Below are positions 25,426 through 38,694 of a stretch of 64,000 nt of DNA, in pieces. This DNA is from Vicugna vicugna (taxonomy: Eukaryota). Location of the stretch: assembly GCA_013265495.1 (NCBI GenBank), contig MU058844.1:11802184-11866183 (forward strand), read 5' to 3'. The translations under genes and the position numbers were made by a program. The notes under the pieces were generated by a model. The model did not search any database and had not been told where the DNA came from. It worked only from the letters and a program-made list of their open reading frames with translations. Position 1 is the first letter of the stretch. Each line of letters starts with the position of its first letter.

Positions 25426-28400
25426 CTTGGCTGAATTTACTACACTACAATGGACCTGTGATTACTTACAGGATGATCCAGATCATGTATCACCCTAGAC
25501 AAGGAAAACTGTATTAACACCCATAAACCTACCCTGGTGATAGAGCATGGCCATGGTTACTGAACAGAGTGACCTCACCAATTATGTTCTAGCTGATGAG
25601 GAAATCAAAGAATGCCAAGGTTATTTTAGGAGTTAAACCATGCCTGGAGGATGTTCCATCTCCTTACTGATTCTCCAGCACAAAGCTACGGCTGGCTTTC
25701 TATGAAACAATGAGTATTGGATTTGATAATAAAGTCATATTCATTTCCCAAGCAAGTTTCTTAGAGTAACCTAAATAATCGTTAACAACAGATGGAACAC
25801 TCAGGTCATGACTTGTATATTCATTTTTTAAGATGATCTGGCTTTAAGATGGTCCGTTTCCATTTGCTGGGTCTTAATTTTACTAATGTCCAAAAAAGAG
25901 GTACTTGTATTAGAAGACCCTCCACTATCCCTTCCACTATTCATATTCTACATTTGATGAGACAGATTTAGAGACATATGAAACCATTCATTCAAGATGG
26001 ACTAGTACACTATATTCAAGTAAAAATTATGGAGATTTTGACCTTGAATCACTGAAATGGCAGAAATATACCAAAGTAGTGGAACCAATATTGATACTCA
26101 AGCAATCATGAATAAGTTCTAGGATAGCTCTTTCTGAAACAAAGGCACCATGAGGCAAATCATGGGTCAAAAAAATTTACACAAATCATTGTTAATTTTT
26201 AAAATTCAACAAATATGTTTAAATTCTTATTGCACACAAGACATTGCGTGAAGGATCTCAGGGGATACCAACATGAATCAAATATATCCCTCCTTAAAGT
26301 AAGAGTTTAAATGAAAAGCTTCATTTCAATCAAATTAAGGAGAACTTTGAATGAATGCCAAGATTCCCAGCTGTGTTAGGGAAGATTAATTTGTCAACAG
26401 TGTCTAGGAAGAACTAGTATCACTTTTATAGCCACAAAAATCAAAGAAAACACTTCTATTATACAATCATTCCTGAGAGATTCGAAACTTATGATCTATA
26501 AATCTCAGTGAACTGGCAAACCCAGCACAACCTCTTTTTTGGAATATGTATCAAATTGAATGGAATCACGCTGTGAAGACTGATGGTTTCAGTCTTTCTT
26601 AAGGAAATTTATCTCTGTTTACCTGGGTTCTGCCCTCTAAAATAAAGGACGGCAGTGAAATTTAAATCCTCGAGTGCCCCAGAACACATGGCAAACACAG
26701 CCTACATTTTGCTCGACAGATAAAAAGGCAGGCATCTCTTGATGCTTTATGCCACTCCCAGGATAAACTGTTCCAAGTGTTTAGTAAATTATGGTGGTAT
26801 TGAAAATGGTCTGAGCTCATGATTTATTTTTTTGTAGTAGAGGACAAAGTTCCTGTATGTTTCCAACTTGACTATTTGCAGCAGAGAAAGGTTTTGATTT
26901 ACTTTGACTAAAACACTTGGAGTACAATGGAAGGAGGGTAAGAACTTCTCACTGATTTTTTTTCACATTAAGCATGTTTAGGCAAACCTGAGAAATTATT
27001 CCACAGAATGGATCTTATATTCATTCAGTAACCTAGCTTTGCAGCTAGTAGCAAAATCCACTGGCTTAACTCAGAGCTGTCCTGTTATTTTAACATGGCT
27101 GTTTCTATTTATAAAGTTACACAATCCACTTGGTGCCTTCTTCCTCCTTGTCTGAGGCACAGTTTACAGAAAGAAACCACAGTCATTACATAATTGCATT
27201 GCCAGGAAATCCAAGTGTTGTTTTCTGGTAGAGAGTAAAAGACCGGCACCTTGACTTATGTCTTACTCATCTTAAATCACATCTGCTTTGGGGCACTTTC
27301 CCCTGTCTCTAGAATGTGCTCTGAAGTTTTACCACGTTTATTAGAAGGCTCTTTTTGCTCTTATGACTATTCATGTGGCGGTATTACAGATGTCCTGTAA
27401 ATGAAAGCCTGCTGCACAACAGGAAGTGCCCACTGCCAAGTCCTCTAGAGAGTCAGCGACACGTCCATGAGAGGATCCAGGTGGTCAGACATTTGAACAA
27501 AAGTTTTACACAACTGCATTTGAAAGGAAGAAAGCAAAAGACAAGGCAGACGTTGGAACTCACTCTATCTCTCCTTTCAACTTAATGGCAGCTGCACCAA
27601 CTGGATACGTTAATCCAAGCCAATATTGTGATTGGGTAGTATATTGAAGAACTTTCCTCTGGAAGCTGAAATGAGCTACAAATGCAGTTGAATGAACACA
27701 GGGATGAGATGTCAAAGATATTCTTGCAACTCCTTAAAATATTAAATGTAATTAAAATGTAATTACTATTTATTTGATGAAGGCTGCGGAAGAGAAAGGG
27801 ATATACCAGTGAAGTGATACCCATAATTCCAGAAGCATCTTTTCTCACATTTCATGCAGAATGAGTTGCAGATAATGTCAGCATCTGGGCCACTCTCTGC
27901 CTACAAGGACTTCTTTCCTGTTGAAACCTCTGCAGTGTTATCTTTCAGCTGGATTTTTATCTTCTCATTCTTTTAATTCTCTCAGCTTGCTTCACACAGA
28001 CCATACCGAATAGCTAAACAAAATGTGTTTAGTGCCCGAGGGAATTCATTTTCTGCCTGGGATAACCAGACAAAGGGTGATGCAAATCCTCGACTGAATT
28101 GAAAATGTGCTGTTATCTTGAAGGCAACTTTCCTTATCCAATAAAAACAGAGAGGGAGAATGTGTGACCTTAAAAAACATTTTTTCTGAAACCTAAGATT
28201 CTCACACACACACAAATGCCTCTGATAATTCGGGGTGAAGACAGATGCTCTCTCCCTCTTTGTACTTCCCAAACATTTTGTCAATGGTCTATTGTTAAAG
28301 TGTGGACTTTCTCCCAGACCACATCCTGTCTGTCTTATGGAGAAGCAAGCTGCTGAAGCAAAAGGAAAGTCTTGTTTTTGTGTGTAGTTTCTGACGGCGT

Positions 28401-28883
28401 AGAGAAAACAAACCAATCTCAAGATATCTCTAAATTCAACTCAGGATCTGTAGGACTGATGTTGGAAACTACCTGATGAACTCAGGGAACTAAGTATGCT
28501 TGTTTTATTGACACCTGTAAGTCTTTCACACAAAAGGAAAGATCAGGACATTTATTATTGCCAACGCTAGTTACAATGGTATGGCTAAGGAAGGAGCAGA
28601 TGTAAATATTTGAACCTTGAAAAAAGGAATCATTCTTCTTTGAATAACTAGCACTTTCACAGAAAAACTACTTCTAATTAGGATAAGTGTCATTCAAGAA
28701 AGGACATGTTCTGTTAAATCTAAGTAGAGAGCTACCCATATCTGACAACGAATCCTTAATGAAATAAGGTTGTACTTTAAAATGGATAAGTTTAAAATAT
28801 ATTTTCAACTACTATAAGATTAGAATAATTTGACAAAAGTGAAATAAAATTAAAGAGAAAAATAAGAAAATCTGGTTCAGAAT

Positions 28884-28994
28884 TAGGGTGACCCAGTGCC
28901 CCAGGATGCCCCTGGACTGAGAGATTCCCTAAATAAGAATTTCAGTGCTAGAGTGAGGACAGTTTTGGGAAAATCAATACAGCTGGTCACCCTA
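28884..28994. mobile_element. MER94-like hAT-Blackjack MITE
   Basis: Perfect 10-bp terminal inverted repeats TAGGGTGACC ... GGTCACCCTA and internal tttcagtgcta motif. Confidence 0.85.
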
Positions 28995-29474
28995 TGTAGA
29001 CTTCATAATTTCTTTAAAAATTTTAATGTTTCCTTATAGAAGGTAGGGGTAAGGGGAGAAAACAGTAAGTAAAATCTGTAATAAGAATTTTAACAAAATT
29101 GTTATTTAAATTACGTAGCAATGTTTCTGTATGACCCCAGGAAATATTTCGTGCACATCTAGAAGCAGATAAAGATGCAAACTTTGTAAGGAAATAACAG
29201 CTCATGCTTTGGGCACTGAGTACAACTTCACTCGCTTAACCTTTATGTATTCGCAGCTCCAAAGTTCAGATCCCAATGTCTAGATGACTTCTAGCAACTA
29301 TGCAAGACATCACAGCACAAACTTTATACAGCAGCCTTTCTTCTAGCTTTATCCTATTCTATTGTTCTTTCCTTCTTATAATCCTATTTTATTTGCACGT
29401 GCTTTGAAATCTTGTATGTTGCATATTTTTTTAAGTTCTACTGAATCCTTTTTTCAAATGAAAAATAATTTAAA

Positions 29475-29556
29475 TCAGTGGTTCTAAACTGAGGGCAATT
29501 TCTCCTCCATCAGGGGACAGGCAATGTCTGGGGACATTTTCAACGGTCACAACTGG
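29475..29556 (+). mobile_element. MER20 (hAT-Charlie) 5' half, truncated
   Basis: cagtggttctaaactgagggcaattt...ggcaatgtctggggacatttt...gtcacaactgg. Parallels the complete copy at 34000. Confidence 0.75.
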
Positions 29557-29576
29557 AAAGAATAAACCTGTTTGAA

Positions 29577-29740
29577 GGGGAGGGTATAGCTCAGTGACAG
29601 AGTACATGCTTAGCATGCACGAGGCCCTGGGTTTAATACCCAGTACCGCCATTAAAAACAAATGAATGAATAAATAAACCTAATTACCTCCCTCCAAAAA
29701 ATTAATTAAAAAAAGAACAAAAGATACAAAAGAAAAAATG
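29577..29740 (+). mobile_element. Camelid tRNA-derived SINE (Vic-1-like)
   Basis: ggggagggtatagctcagtgacagagtacatgcttagcatgcacgaggccctgggtttaatacccagtacc head, aacctaattacctccc body, A-rich tail. Confidence 0.9.
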
Positions 29741-29926
29741 CATAATAAAAGTTATGATATTTAAAAATCTGAATTATAATTGTTTCTGATACTTCTAGGT
29801 ACTATTAAACAGGAACTTAATGTTGCCAAAAACAATGAATTCCTAAAAATAGTCCCAGGTGTTGCAAGTATATTTCCCATAAAGCCTATCATGTTAAGGT
29901 GAGCTTTCATACACATACATGTGCAT

Positions 29927-29957
<31 letters not shown>
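29927..29957. repeat. (CA)n microsatellite
   Basis: Direct reading. Confidence 0.95.
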
Positions 29958-29958
<1 letters not shown>

Positions 29959-31414
29959 CGCCTTGTAGATGGTAAGTATACAATAAATAATTGATGACAG
30001 ACTAACTGATTGATAAAGATAAAAAAAGTCACCTATGATCCATGATGTAGACACGGAAGTGGAAACTGAAGGGATTTACACTTGTGACATGGCAACATTT
30101 TAGAATACATTAGATGTGGCCTTCGTCAGAGGAAAAGAGCAGAGAGAACACATTGTTGGAGATGATAAACCTTGTGCTCAGTGGAAGAAGGCAACACGCA
30201 AGTGTGGATATCAAAAAGCCAGCCAAAGGAAGGAAGAAACAGCTATAAAAAGCAGATGGTTTGAGGGGAAAGGAAATGTAAAACAGAATCCAAGAAATAT
30301 ATGGGTCAAAATAATAACATAAAAGGTTCTGGCAAAAATATTGCTCCATAGAAATTCAGCAAAAAGTCAAAAAAAAACAAAAAAAGCACGGCAAGATTAA
30401 AAATGTAAGCATTCCGGAGCAATAAAGAGAAATGTGTATTATTTGCGTATTTTTTAGAGTCTAAAACGTGAGCAGTCGAAATTGATCCATGTTAAAGCTA
30501 AACAGTAAACACTGTCAAAGAGAAGTAGAAACTTGATGACAATCCCAGTTGCACAACTAAATCTAAAGACCAATTAAGTCATTAGAAATTTACCATGCAT
30601 TCAAAAAGAGGTTGTTTTTTGCACCATTCTTTGTATTTGCTTACCGAGGTCTGAAGGGACTGTACTATGAGTTGCTTCCCTCAACTCACAGTTGGGTTTG
30701 CCAATGACCCATTCATACCTTCCCATGAGGTTCCCTGTGGAACCAATTTGCAACGTGCCGACAGAAGCTACGTGATGCCTCCAGGCCAAGGGAGCAGATG
30801 CTCCTTCACACAACCATGCTGCCACCCACGTGACATCGAGAAGCCAGCAAATGCCTCCTTCCTGCTGTGACACCTGACTCCAACCCGATAGTTTAAACTT
30901 CACTTGGAGAATTCAGATCTGACACTCTCTTGGCCTTTCTGGCTCCCAGCTTGATGGAAAGTTTCCAGGTCCAGCAAGAGAAGAACATTACCAGCTGAGC
31001 ACTGAAGCAAATAGAGACAAGGGCACAGGCCCAGGAGAGTGATGCTTTTAGGATCTAAGTTTGGATCGGCAGGTTGGAACAGGAGAAATTGAAGGTGGTT
31101 AGCAAAATCATAAAGTGGGAAGTATCCCGAGGCGTCTTGAGACCACAGAGAGCTTTTTTTTATGATATGTATGTGTAGGTGGGCCTGGTCTGTTTTTTAA
31201 AAGCAGACTTAACTACAAGGTATTTTCTTTCTGTTCATTTAGTAACTTGAATATGATTATCATCCTCCACTCATTCAACGTTTTGCTCTTAAAGACAAGT
31301 CCTTGGAATTTAAGACAACTTTTTGACAATCTGAAAGACACTTCTGGGCACCTTAGAATATTTTCAATATGATAATTTTTTGCTAAATGTTGAACATCTG
31401 ACTAAGTAAGTAGT

Positions 31415-31990
31415 CACTGGCAAACTAAATTCTGGCTAATAGTTCACCAAACCATTTCTGGGCACACAGCTGGATTATACTTCCTAGCCTTTCAAGAGAT
31501 TAGGTATCACCATACGACTGAGTTCTGACCAAGAGAAGTGAGTGGAAATGGTACATGGAATTTCTAAGTCTCTCATGCAATCCTCCATTTTCTCCTTCAC
31601 TGATGGTTAGCTAGAGGTGGATGATGAAACCACAAGCTAAAAATAAATCTGATTTCCTGAATCACCATAACCCAGTGTCAGAAAACTTTCTATAAAGGAC
31701 CAGACAGTAAATATTTCAGGCCACACAGTCTGTTATAATGACTCTACTCTGCTGTTACAGCACAAAAACAGCCACAGACAACAACAACAAAAACCCAACA
31801 TCACGGCTGTGTTCCAATAAAATTTTCCTTAATAAAATTGGGTGCCAACCCAGATTTGACCTATGGACCATAGTTTGTCAATCCCTGATTATCTGGAATA
31901 GCCAAAATTACAAAAAACAAACTCTTGTGTTAAGCTGCTGAGACTTTAAGGTTAGCTGTTAGAGAAGTCAGCATTACCAGAACTAACACA
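31415..31990 (+). mobile_element. MLT1 (MaLR) LTR interrupted by MER58A
   Basis: ctgggcacacagctggattatacttcctagcc...gactgagttctgaccaa, and 3' end tgtgttaagctgctgagacttt...actaacaca. Confidence 0.7.
31673..31887. mobile_element. MER58A (hAT-Charlie) nested in the MLT1 LTR
   Basis: aaactttctataaaggaccagacagtaaatatttcagg...ggctgtgttccaataaaa...ccatagtttgtcaatccctg. Confidence 0.85.
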
Positions 31991-32127
31991 ATGCCATTTT
32001 GATTGTTTACAAAATGTACTCCAACACATGTCACAAGGGGAGATGGTGAACCCGCCACCTCAGGTTTTCAGTTTTACAAAAGAGTCCTTTACAATATCAA
32101 AATACAGCAACAAGAGATGGCCTGTTG

Positions 32128-32245
32128 TTTTGTTTCTTTGGGTTTTCTCTTCGATGGAGATTGTATCATTACTTTATTGGGGAAATTTTGTTTCTTTGGG
32201 TTTTCTCTTCGATAGAGATTGTATCATTACTTTATTGGGGAAATT
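32128..32245. repeat. 58-bp tandem duplication (two copies, one mismatch)
   Basis: 32128-32185 and 32186-32243 are identical except G32156/A32214. Confidence 0.95.
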
Positions 32246-33494
32246 AGGTAAATTTTTGCCACTGCCCTCTCATCTGGTGACTTTATCTCCAGGCAGAATT
32301 GCAACACTTTTTAACAAATCATTCCATTTTCTGGGAACAGTAAAGAAATCGTGTCATGTGTCCAATTAATGATCTCTCCCACAGATATTGAATTTCTCTA
32401 CTGGCTCTGGTGACTAGGAATCCAAAGAAAAGCACTTCTTATAGCAAAAAATGGAGCAACGGTAAAGGCTGGAGAGAAAGGAGAATTCAAAGGAAATTTG
32501 TCAGAGATTCATTCAGCACTCCTGCAAGAATTCAGTTTTGTTTTCCCACTATGTGACTCAGAACCCACAAAAAGAGGAAAGAGTAGCAATGATTTTGACT
32601 GTGGTTTGTAAATTGTTGTGTGAGAGAGAGACAGAGAGGGAGACTAAGAAGAAAGGACTTCAGAGTCAAAGAGACCAAGGGTGGAATTCCCACCCTACCC
32701 TAGCACCTCTCTGAACTCATTTCTATATATCTTTAATGGGAATAACAATAAATTGGGTATAGCATCCAACATGCGGTAGGTACTCAAAAAGCATTAGTGA
32801 CTATCATCAGTTTTCATTGCCACTTAGGGCCAAGTTCACAAATTATCTTTTCCAAATAAACTGCAAGTTTTTGTTTGAAGAAAAAATGTGCTGATCCCTC
32901 AAGACGTAGAATTTAGTGATTTGCTGATAATTAATAAGTTAATCCAAACTTCTACAGCTTCTTGACTAGATTTGTCCCTCTTTCATTGCTCTTGAGCTTG
33001 GTATCTTAGACAAAAGTTTGCTTCATTACATTCTCATTTTCACCTGTATTTTTGAACTCTCCTTTTACTGGATCTTTCCATATTTCATTCCATCCCCAGC
33101 TTTTAAAAAAATAGACTTACTCAAGTCACTTTTGCATCCTTCCCCCATCCTCTACAGAATAAGTCCAAACTCCTTACTGGGCATTTAATGCCATCTTCCT
33201 GTTGCCTCACCTCAAATTCACCTCTCTTATTTTTCATCCTACTTTCTAGGATTGGTGAATTAATTTGTAGTTTTCTAAACACAGCACAGCGTTTCCTATT
33301 TTGGTAAATGCTATTCTATCTAAGGTGTTCTTCCTTCCATATTTACTTGACTAAACAAATTCATCCTTGAAAACATGGTTGAAATGTTACTTTACCCATA
33401 TATGGAAAATTAATCAGTGTCTCCTTTGATCTACTACCAATTCTTAATATTACTAATTTTTGAATTAAACTATTAGATATTTTTATAGTGTTAT

Positions 33495-33730
33495 AACAGG
33501 TAATAAGTTGACCACCCACTGTGTTCTAGGCATACTGCTGACAAAGAGTTTATAGGCAATATCTCATTTTTCCTTCACAACAATTTTATATGATTAGTTT
33601 ATATTACTCTCCTCATTTTATAGACAAGGAGGCTGAGGCTTAAGTATTAAATGACTTCCAGGGTCACTTTGTTAGTAAATATTGGAGCATTCCAAAATGA
33701 GAACTGGGGTCAGCAGATGTCAAATCCTGC
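33495..33730 (-). mobile_element. MIR SINE
   Basis: tgttctaggcatactgct...ctcattttatagacaaggaggctgaggct...agggtcac. Confidence 0.8.
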
Positions 33731-33999
33731 AAACAGGATGGAAACAGGAGGTAAGTGTTAACCGAGAAGAGAGATCTTTTTAAAAGTCACTGGTAACCTC
33801 CAGGAAAACAGAAGTCAGAAATCAAGAAAAGCAAAGCAAGTGTAAAGCTTGCAATAGTGGCAATGGACACAAGCCACTCTCTAGAGAAATGGTATCTGCA
33901 AAGTTAGAAAGATGGTGTGATCATCTGAAGCAAGTGGAAGGAAATTATTATTATTAAAAACAGTAAAGATCTGAGCATTTTTGGAAGCTGATCCTAAAG

Positions 34000-34207
34000 C
34001 AGTGTTTCTCAACTGAGTTTGATTTTGCCTTCCTCATAGATACATTTCACAACATGTGGAGACATTTTTGGTTGTCACAACTGGAGAATGCTACCGGCAT
34101 GTAGTAGATAATGGCAGGGATGATGCTAAATATTCTGCAATAGTAAGACTGCTCCTCCACAACACAGCATTATCAGGTCCAAAATGTGACAAGGTTGAAA
34201 AGTCATG
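34000..34207 (+). mobile_element. MER20 (hAT-Charlie), near full length
   Basis: cagtgtttctcaactg...ggagacatttttggttgtcacaactgg...atgctaaatattctgcaat...aggttgaaaagtcatg. Confidence 0.88.
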
Positions 34208-35589
34208 GTCCAAAGGATCCAACGGAGAGGAAGACATTGAAAAAAATATGAGAAAGGTGGTAACGGACAGGACAAAATCAGGAAAAAGAAAGGGAATAAA
34301 TAGTAAAAAGATCATCCTCAGAAAAATGTTATCAAGAATGACTGTCTTCACTCCTCTTTCATTTTTTTTTAAAACAGATATAGAGATTGAAGTTTAGAGA
34401 GTTTAACTGACTGACCTTTTCAAAATCTAGCAGAAGTTTAACCCAACTCTTTGAGCTCCTAATTGAATGTTCTTTTAATTATACCACCTAATATTTTAGG
34501 TTCAAGATTGACTGAGAGTAATTGTTAGAGATGTGATAACATAAATACCAATCATGAAACAATTAATTTGTTCAAAAATTAATGATGTATCTATTGATTT
34601 TATATTTCCATAAAAATATATATCTGGTGCCTTCCTTTTTATTATAGGGAAGAAAAAATTTCTATAATACTGGAAAGGAAGAAACTAAGAAGAATATGTT
34701 TAGCCAATTGGCATCAAATACACACTAAATACTGACACTAGCAGAAGAACAGTTTAAAAGTTGTATGAGATTGTCAACATTAAATCAAATAGAATTTCTA
34801 CCCAAATCTTTGGTAATTTCACAGTTGAAAGCATTAAATATAACTCTTTGAAGACTCTGTAAAGCACACACTAAAATAATAGATGATAGTACCAGATTGC
34901 ACATTTCTACAAATCGTTACTTAAGGAAAATAAATGTATGATACTGACAACCCGAGTCTTCCGCCAACAGAGAAACCATTAAAATTCAAGGATTATTACA
35001 ACATTCTTCACACCACTGCCACCACAAAGGCAAAAACAATTAAAACAGCCACTAACAGCTTAACTGTGAAACTTGGGAGCATGGATGAGAAAAAGAAATC
35101 ATGTTTCTTTAAATGCAAATAAGTAAATGTGCAAGCACAGCAGAAACAGGCAGAGCAGGCAGAATCATTCAGAGACCTGAGGGCTGACCTCTGCAGCTGT
35201 GGGCCTGGCCAGCTCTGGAAGTGCTACCATGTGAGCAAGCCCACAGGAGTGTCAACAGTCCTCAGCAATCAGGCATCTTCTCCATGAAGGAAACAGCTGG
35301 AGGCCAGCGCCAGCCATCTATTTCACTGACGTCTGCTGCTATATATTTCTGTCATAGGGTTTCTTTTCTTTATTTCTGTTATTCAAACAATTCGGTAGAG
35401 AGCATGGATCAACTTAATTGTCTTCTCCTGATCATTCTAGGCATTTGGGTGCACCTATCATTTATTTGCAACTCACCAGCAACACTATTAAATACTTACA
35501 ACAAACCTTACCAATATATGTATAGAAGTCAAGTCAACCAATAGCCCTTCATCTCTCCCCCTGGCAGCAGCAGAACTCTTCACTGATGC

Positions 35590-35825
35590 AGTGTTGTGTA
35601 TTGGCTAAGAGTAATGTCATGCAGTCTTAGTTTAAATCCATATTCTACCACACTAAGCTATTGGCAAGTGATTTACCCTCAGCCTCAGTTTCTTCATCTG
35701 TAAAATGGGGATAATAACAGTGTCTAGATCATAAGGCTATTGTGAGGACTGAATGGGATACTCTATGAAAGGCTTGGTCCAGCACATGGCATATAGCAAG
35801 CCTCCATAAACATTAGTTAATACTA
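35590..35825 (+). mobile_element. MIR SINE, near full length
   Basis: Core agcctcagtttcttcatctgtaaaatggggataataacag...ttgtgaggact...cagcacatggcatatagcaag. Confidence 0.9.
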
Positions 35826-36549
35826 GTCCCTTTCTGCTAGGATTTCTCTTAAATGTCATTGACAGTGTAATTTTGTCTCATTTTTACATTAGAGCCTTCC
35901 TCACGAAGTCTGCCTACACCTATAATCTGACCCCAAACTGTTCATTTTCATGAATAGTCTGTTCAAACTTTGATGGTTTCTCACTGGGTATTCTTCTATG
36001 AAGCTTTCCACTCAAAAGAATGCTTTTTCCTCTCTATATCTGAGTCCTATCTGCCCATTAAATTCCAACTACTTGATAAAGTATTTTTTTTGAATGTTTC
36101 AATCAGATAGGATTTTTCTCAAACCTAAAATCCTACAAAATAATTGTCCTCATTAGCAGTATTACCCACAACATATTTGCTTGTCTATATCACAATTTGG
36201 TTTTTTTTTCAAATTTCATTTAATGCTTTTGAGTTCTTCTGTTTTCAAAGCATCAGTGTTAACACTTATGAACAAAATAGTAAGAAATAAGCTCTATCTT
36301 GATTGTCCTTACAACTAGTAGGGTAAGAACATTAAACAGACATCCATTCTACCATGTACACAAATGCCACTATTCTTTTAAGAATTTTCTTTATATCTCC
36401 CCAACTGGATGTAAACTTTCCTTCCTTTTAACAGTTTATTTATTCCTTTCTTTGACTTTCAAAGTGAGTCTATAAAAGTAGGTAAAATTTGGAGGAAAGG
36501 GTGTAACTAGAAAAAAATACTGCAAGTATATCATGAAGAGAGAATGTAA

Positions 36550-36765
36550 AGGACCAAAATAGGCTTTATAGAGACAAACCTAGTTTCAAGTTCTGGATTT
36601 CTTTACTATTAGTTAACCGTCTGATCTTACAACTGTCTCCCACTTTATCCAAGCCTCAGTTTACTTCTTTATTAATGTGGGTAACAATGCCTTCTTTGAA
36701 ACATTGTAAGAATAACATGAGAAATTTCCTATAAAGGATAAGACAGATGCTCAAAAAATTAACTG
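36550..36765 (+). mobile_element. MIR SINE
   Basis: aagcctcagtttactt...gggtaacaatgcc core. Confidence 0.7.
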
Positions 36766-37270
36766 TTTTCTACAGCAATATAAAAAGGATCTTGGGTTTG
36801 CACAGATAATCTAAGAAGAAAGAGTTGAGCAAGCTCAAGTCTGGAAAGAGTTAGAAATGAGAACAGAGGTAAAAGCTAGGTGGCAGATTAAGTTGAAAGG
36901 AGGCTGGGGATTCAAAAGTGAAAGCCAGTTGTTAGTGGTAGGTATGGCCAAGGAACTTTCATGAACTGGGATGTCAATGCTCAATTGTATGTTATTTGCT
37001 GAACTGTGACAAGGTAAAATACTCTAAATCTTAATCTCCAGATTCTTAAGTAAAGTTTCCAGAGCAAAGTGACTCTCTTTCTCATTTGGGTGAAAACCCA
37101 GGAAGAATGGAAAAATATATCTGTATGAGGAGAGACACTAGAAAATTCAAGGAAAGTAAGAAATCAGAGTAAAAGATAGCTAGAGAAAATATAAGTCCTT
37201 GAGATGTCATGGTGGAATTTAAAAATGTATCTGACGTGGCATCTGTAACTCAAGTTATTTATCTGTTAAG

Positions 37271-38113
37271 ACCATGATGAGATATCACCTCATACCTGTC
37301 AGAAAGGCTATCATCAAAAAGAACAAAAAAACCAAATGTTGGTGAGGATGTGGAAAAAAGGGAACCCTCGCACATTGTTGCTGGGGATGTAAAATGGTGC
37401 AGCCCTTGTGGAGAACAGTATGAAGGTTTCTCAATAAACTAAAAATAGAAGTACCATATGACCCAGCAATTCCACTTCCGGGTATATACCCCCAAAAAAC
37501 CAAAAACACTAATTCAAAGAGATTCATGCACCTCAATGTTCACAGCAGTATTATTTACAATAGCCAAGATATGAAAGTGACCTAAGTGTTTATCAACATA
37601 CAAATGATAAAGAAGGCGTGGTATGTATATGTGTACACACACACACACACACACACACACAGGAATACTACTAAGCCATTAAATAAAGAACAAAATGTTG
37701 CTATTTGCAGCAACAGGGACGGAGTTGGAGGGGATTATGCTAAGTGAAATAAGCCAGACAGAGAAAGACAATTACTATATGACAACACTTATACGTAGAA
37801 TCTAAAAAAAAATACAACAAGCTAGTGTATATAACAAAAAAGCAGACTCACAGATACAGAGAACAAATTGATGTTTACCAGTAAGAAAAGGGGAGGGGGA
37901 AGCAGGAGGGGCAACACAGGAGTGGGGGTGTAAGAGGTACAAAGCATTAGGTATAAAATGGGCTACAAGGATCTACTGTACAGCATGAGGAATGGAGACA
38001 ATATTTTATCATAACTATAAATGGAGTATAACCTTTAAAATTGTGACTCACTATACTGTACACCTGTAACTTATATAATATTGTATAGCAACTATATGTC
38101 TATAAAAAAAAAA
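37271..38113 (+). mobile_element. 5'-truncated LINE-1 (ORF2 C-terminus plus 3' UTR, poly(A) tail), with (CA)n at about 37635-37661
   Basis: gagatatcacctcatacctgtcagaa, ccatatgacccagcaattccact, atgctaagtgaaataagccagacagagaaagacaa, then a 3' UTR ending in poly(A). Confidence 0.95.
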
Positions 38114-38694
38114 GAGCAGTGAGATGAAATAGTCTGAAAAAGTTGGGACACCCAAGAAGGAGACATACAGTAGCTGGATGGGGCTATCATGGAAGAGGTG
38201 ACAACAACTAGGAGACTGAAATGCCTGAATGAAAAAACTGTTAAGACTTGAGAAGTAACTAACTTTTTTTTTGTTTTTTTATCCCCCTAAGCAGGATGGT
38301 GAACATGCTGAGTGGATGTGGTGGAGAGCCAGAGGAGAAGAGACCGATTTGGATTTATTACAATAATTGACAGAAAACTTAACAAGGGCCAAAGCATGAG
38401 GATGTGCATAAGGGGAGAAATCCAAGCTGTAATACAGAAGCAAAAATCTCCAATTTCCAGCAAACTATGGAATGTGAGATAGCAAGCTATGTCACCAGAA
38501 ATGAGACTAGGAATTCAAGATGAGATGTCTGGAATGATGCCATGTGCACTAATCAAAAACAAGCGTACGAGAAGAGAGTGCCTAGTGGAAGATACATTTC
38601 TGACACTGTCATATACAGGTTTGTTCTCTCTAACCAGACTGGGAGACTGTTTGGTGCAAGGACCAGCACAGTACTCCACATAAATGTTTCTTAA

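Noticed and set aside
27982..28422. 146-aa ORF in NAV3 sense orientation
   Set aside because: Non-ATG start, no recognisable homology, and it does not match known NAV3 exons.
29577..29650. tRNA-like sequence with A and B boxes (also about 10580-10647)
   Set aside because: SINE heads followed by a SINE body and A-rich tail, not genuine tRNA genes.
10455..29740. Inverted pair of SINEs as an A-to-I editing duplex
   Set aside because: About 19 kb apart, short and diverged, so efficient pairing is unlikely.
32128..32245. Direct repeats as a possible CRISPR-like array
   Set aside because: Two adjacent copies without spacers in mammalian DNA; a simple tandem duplication.
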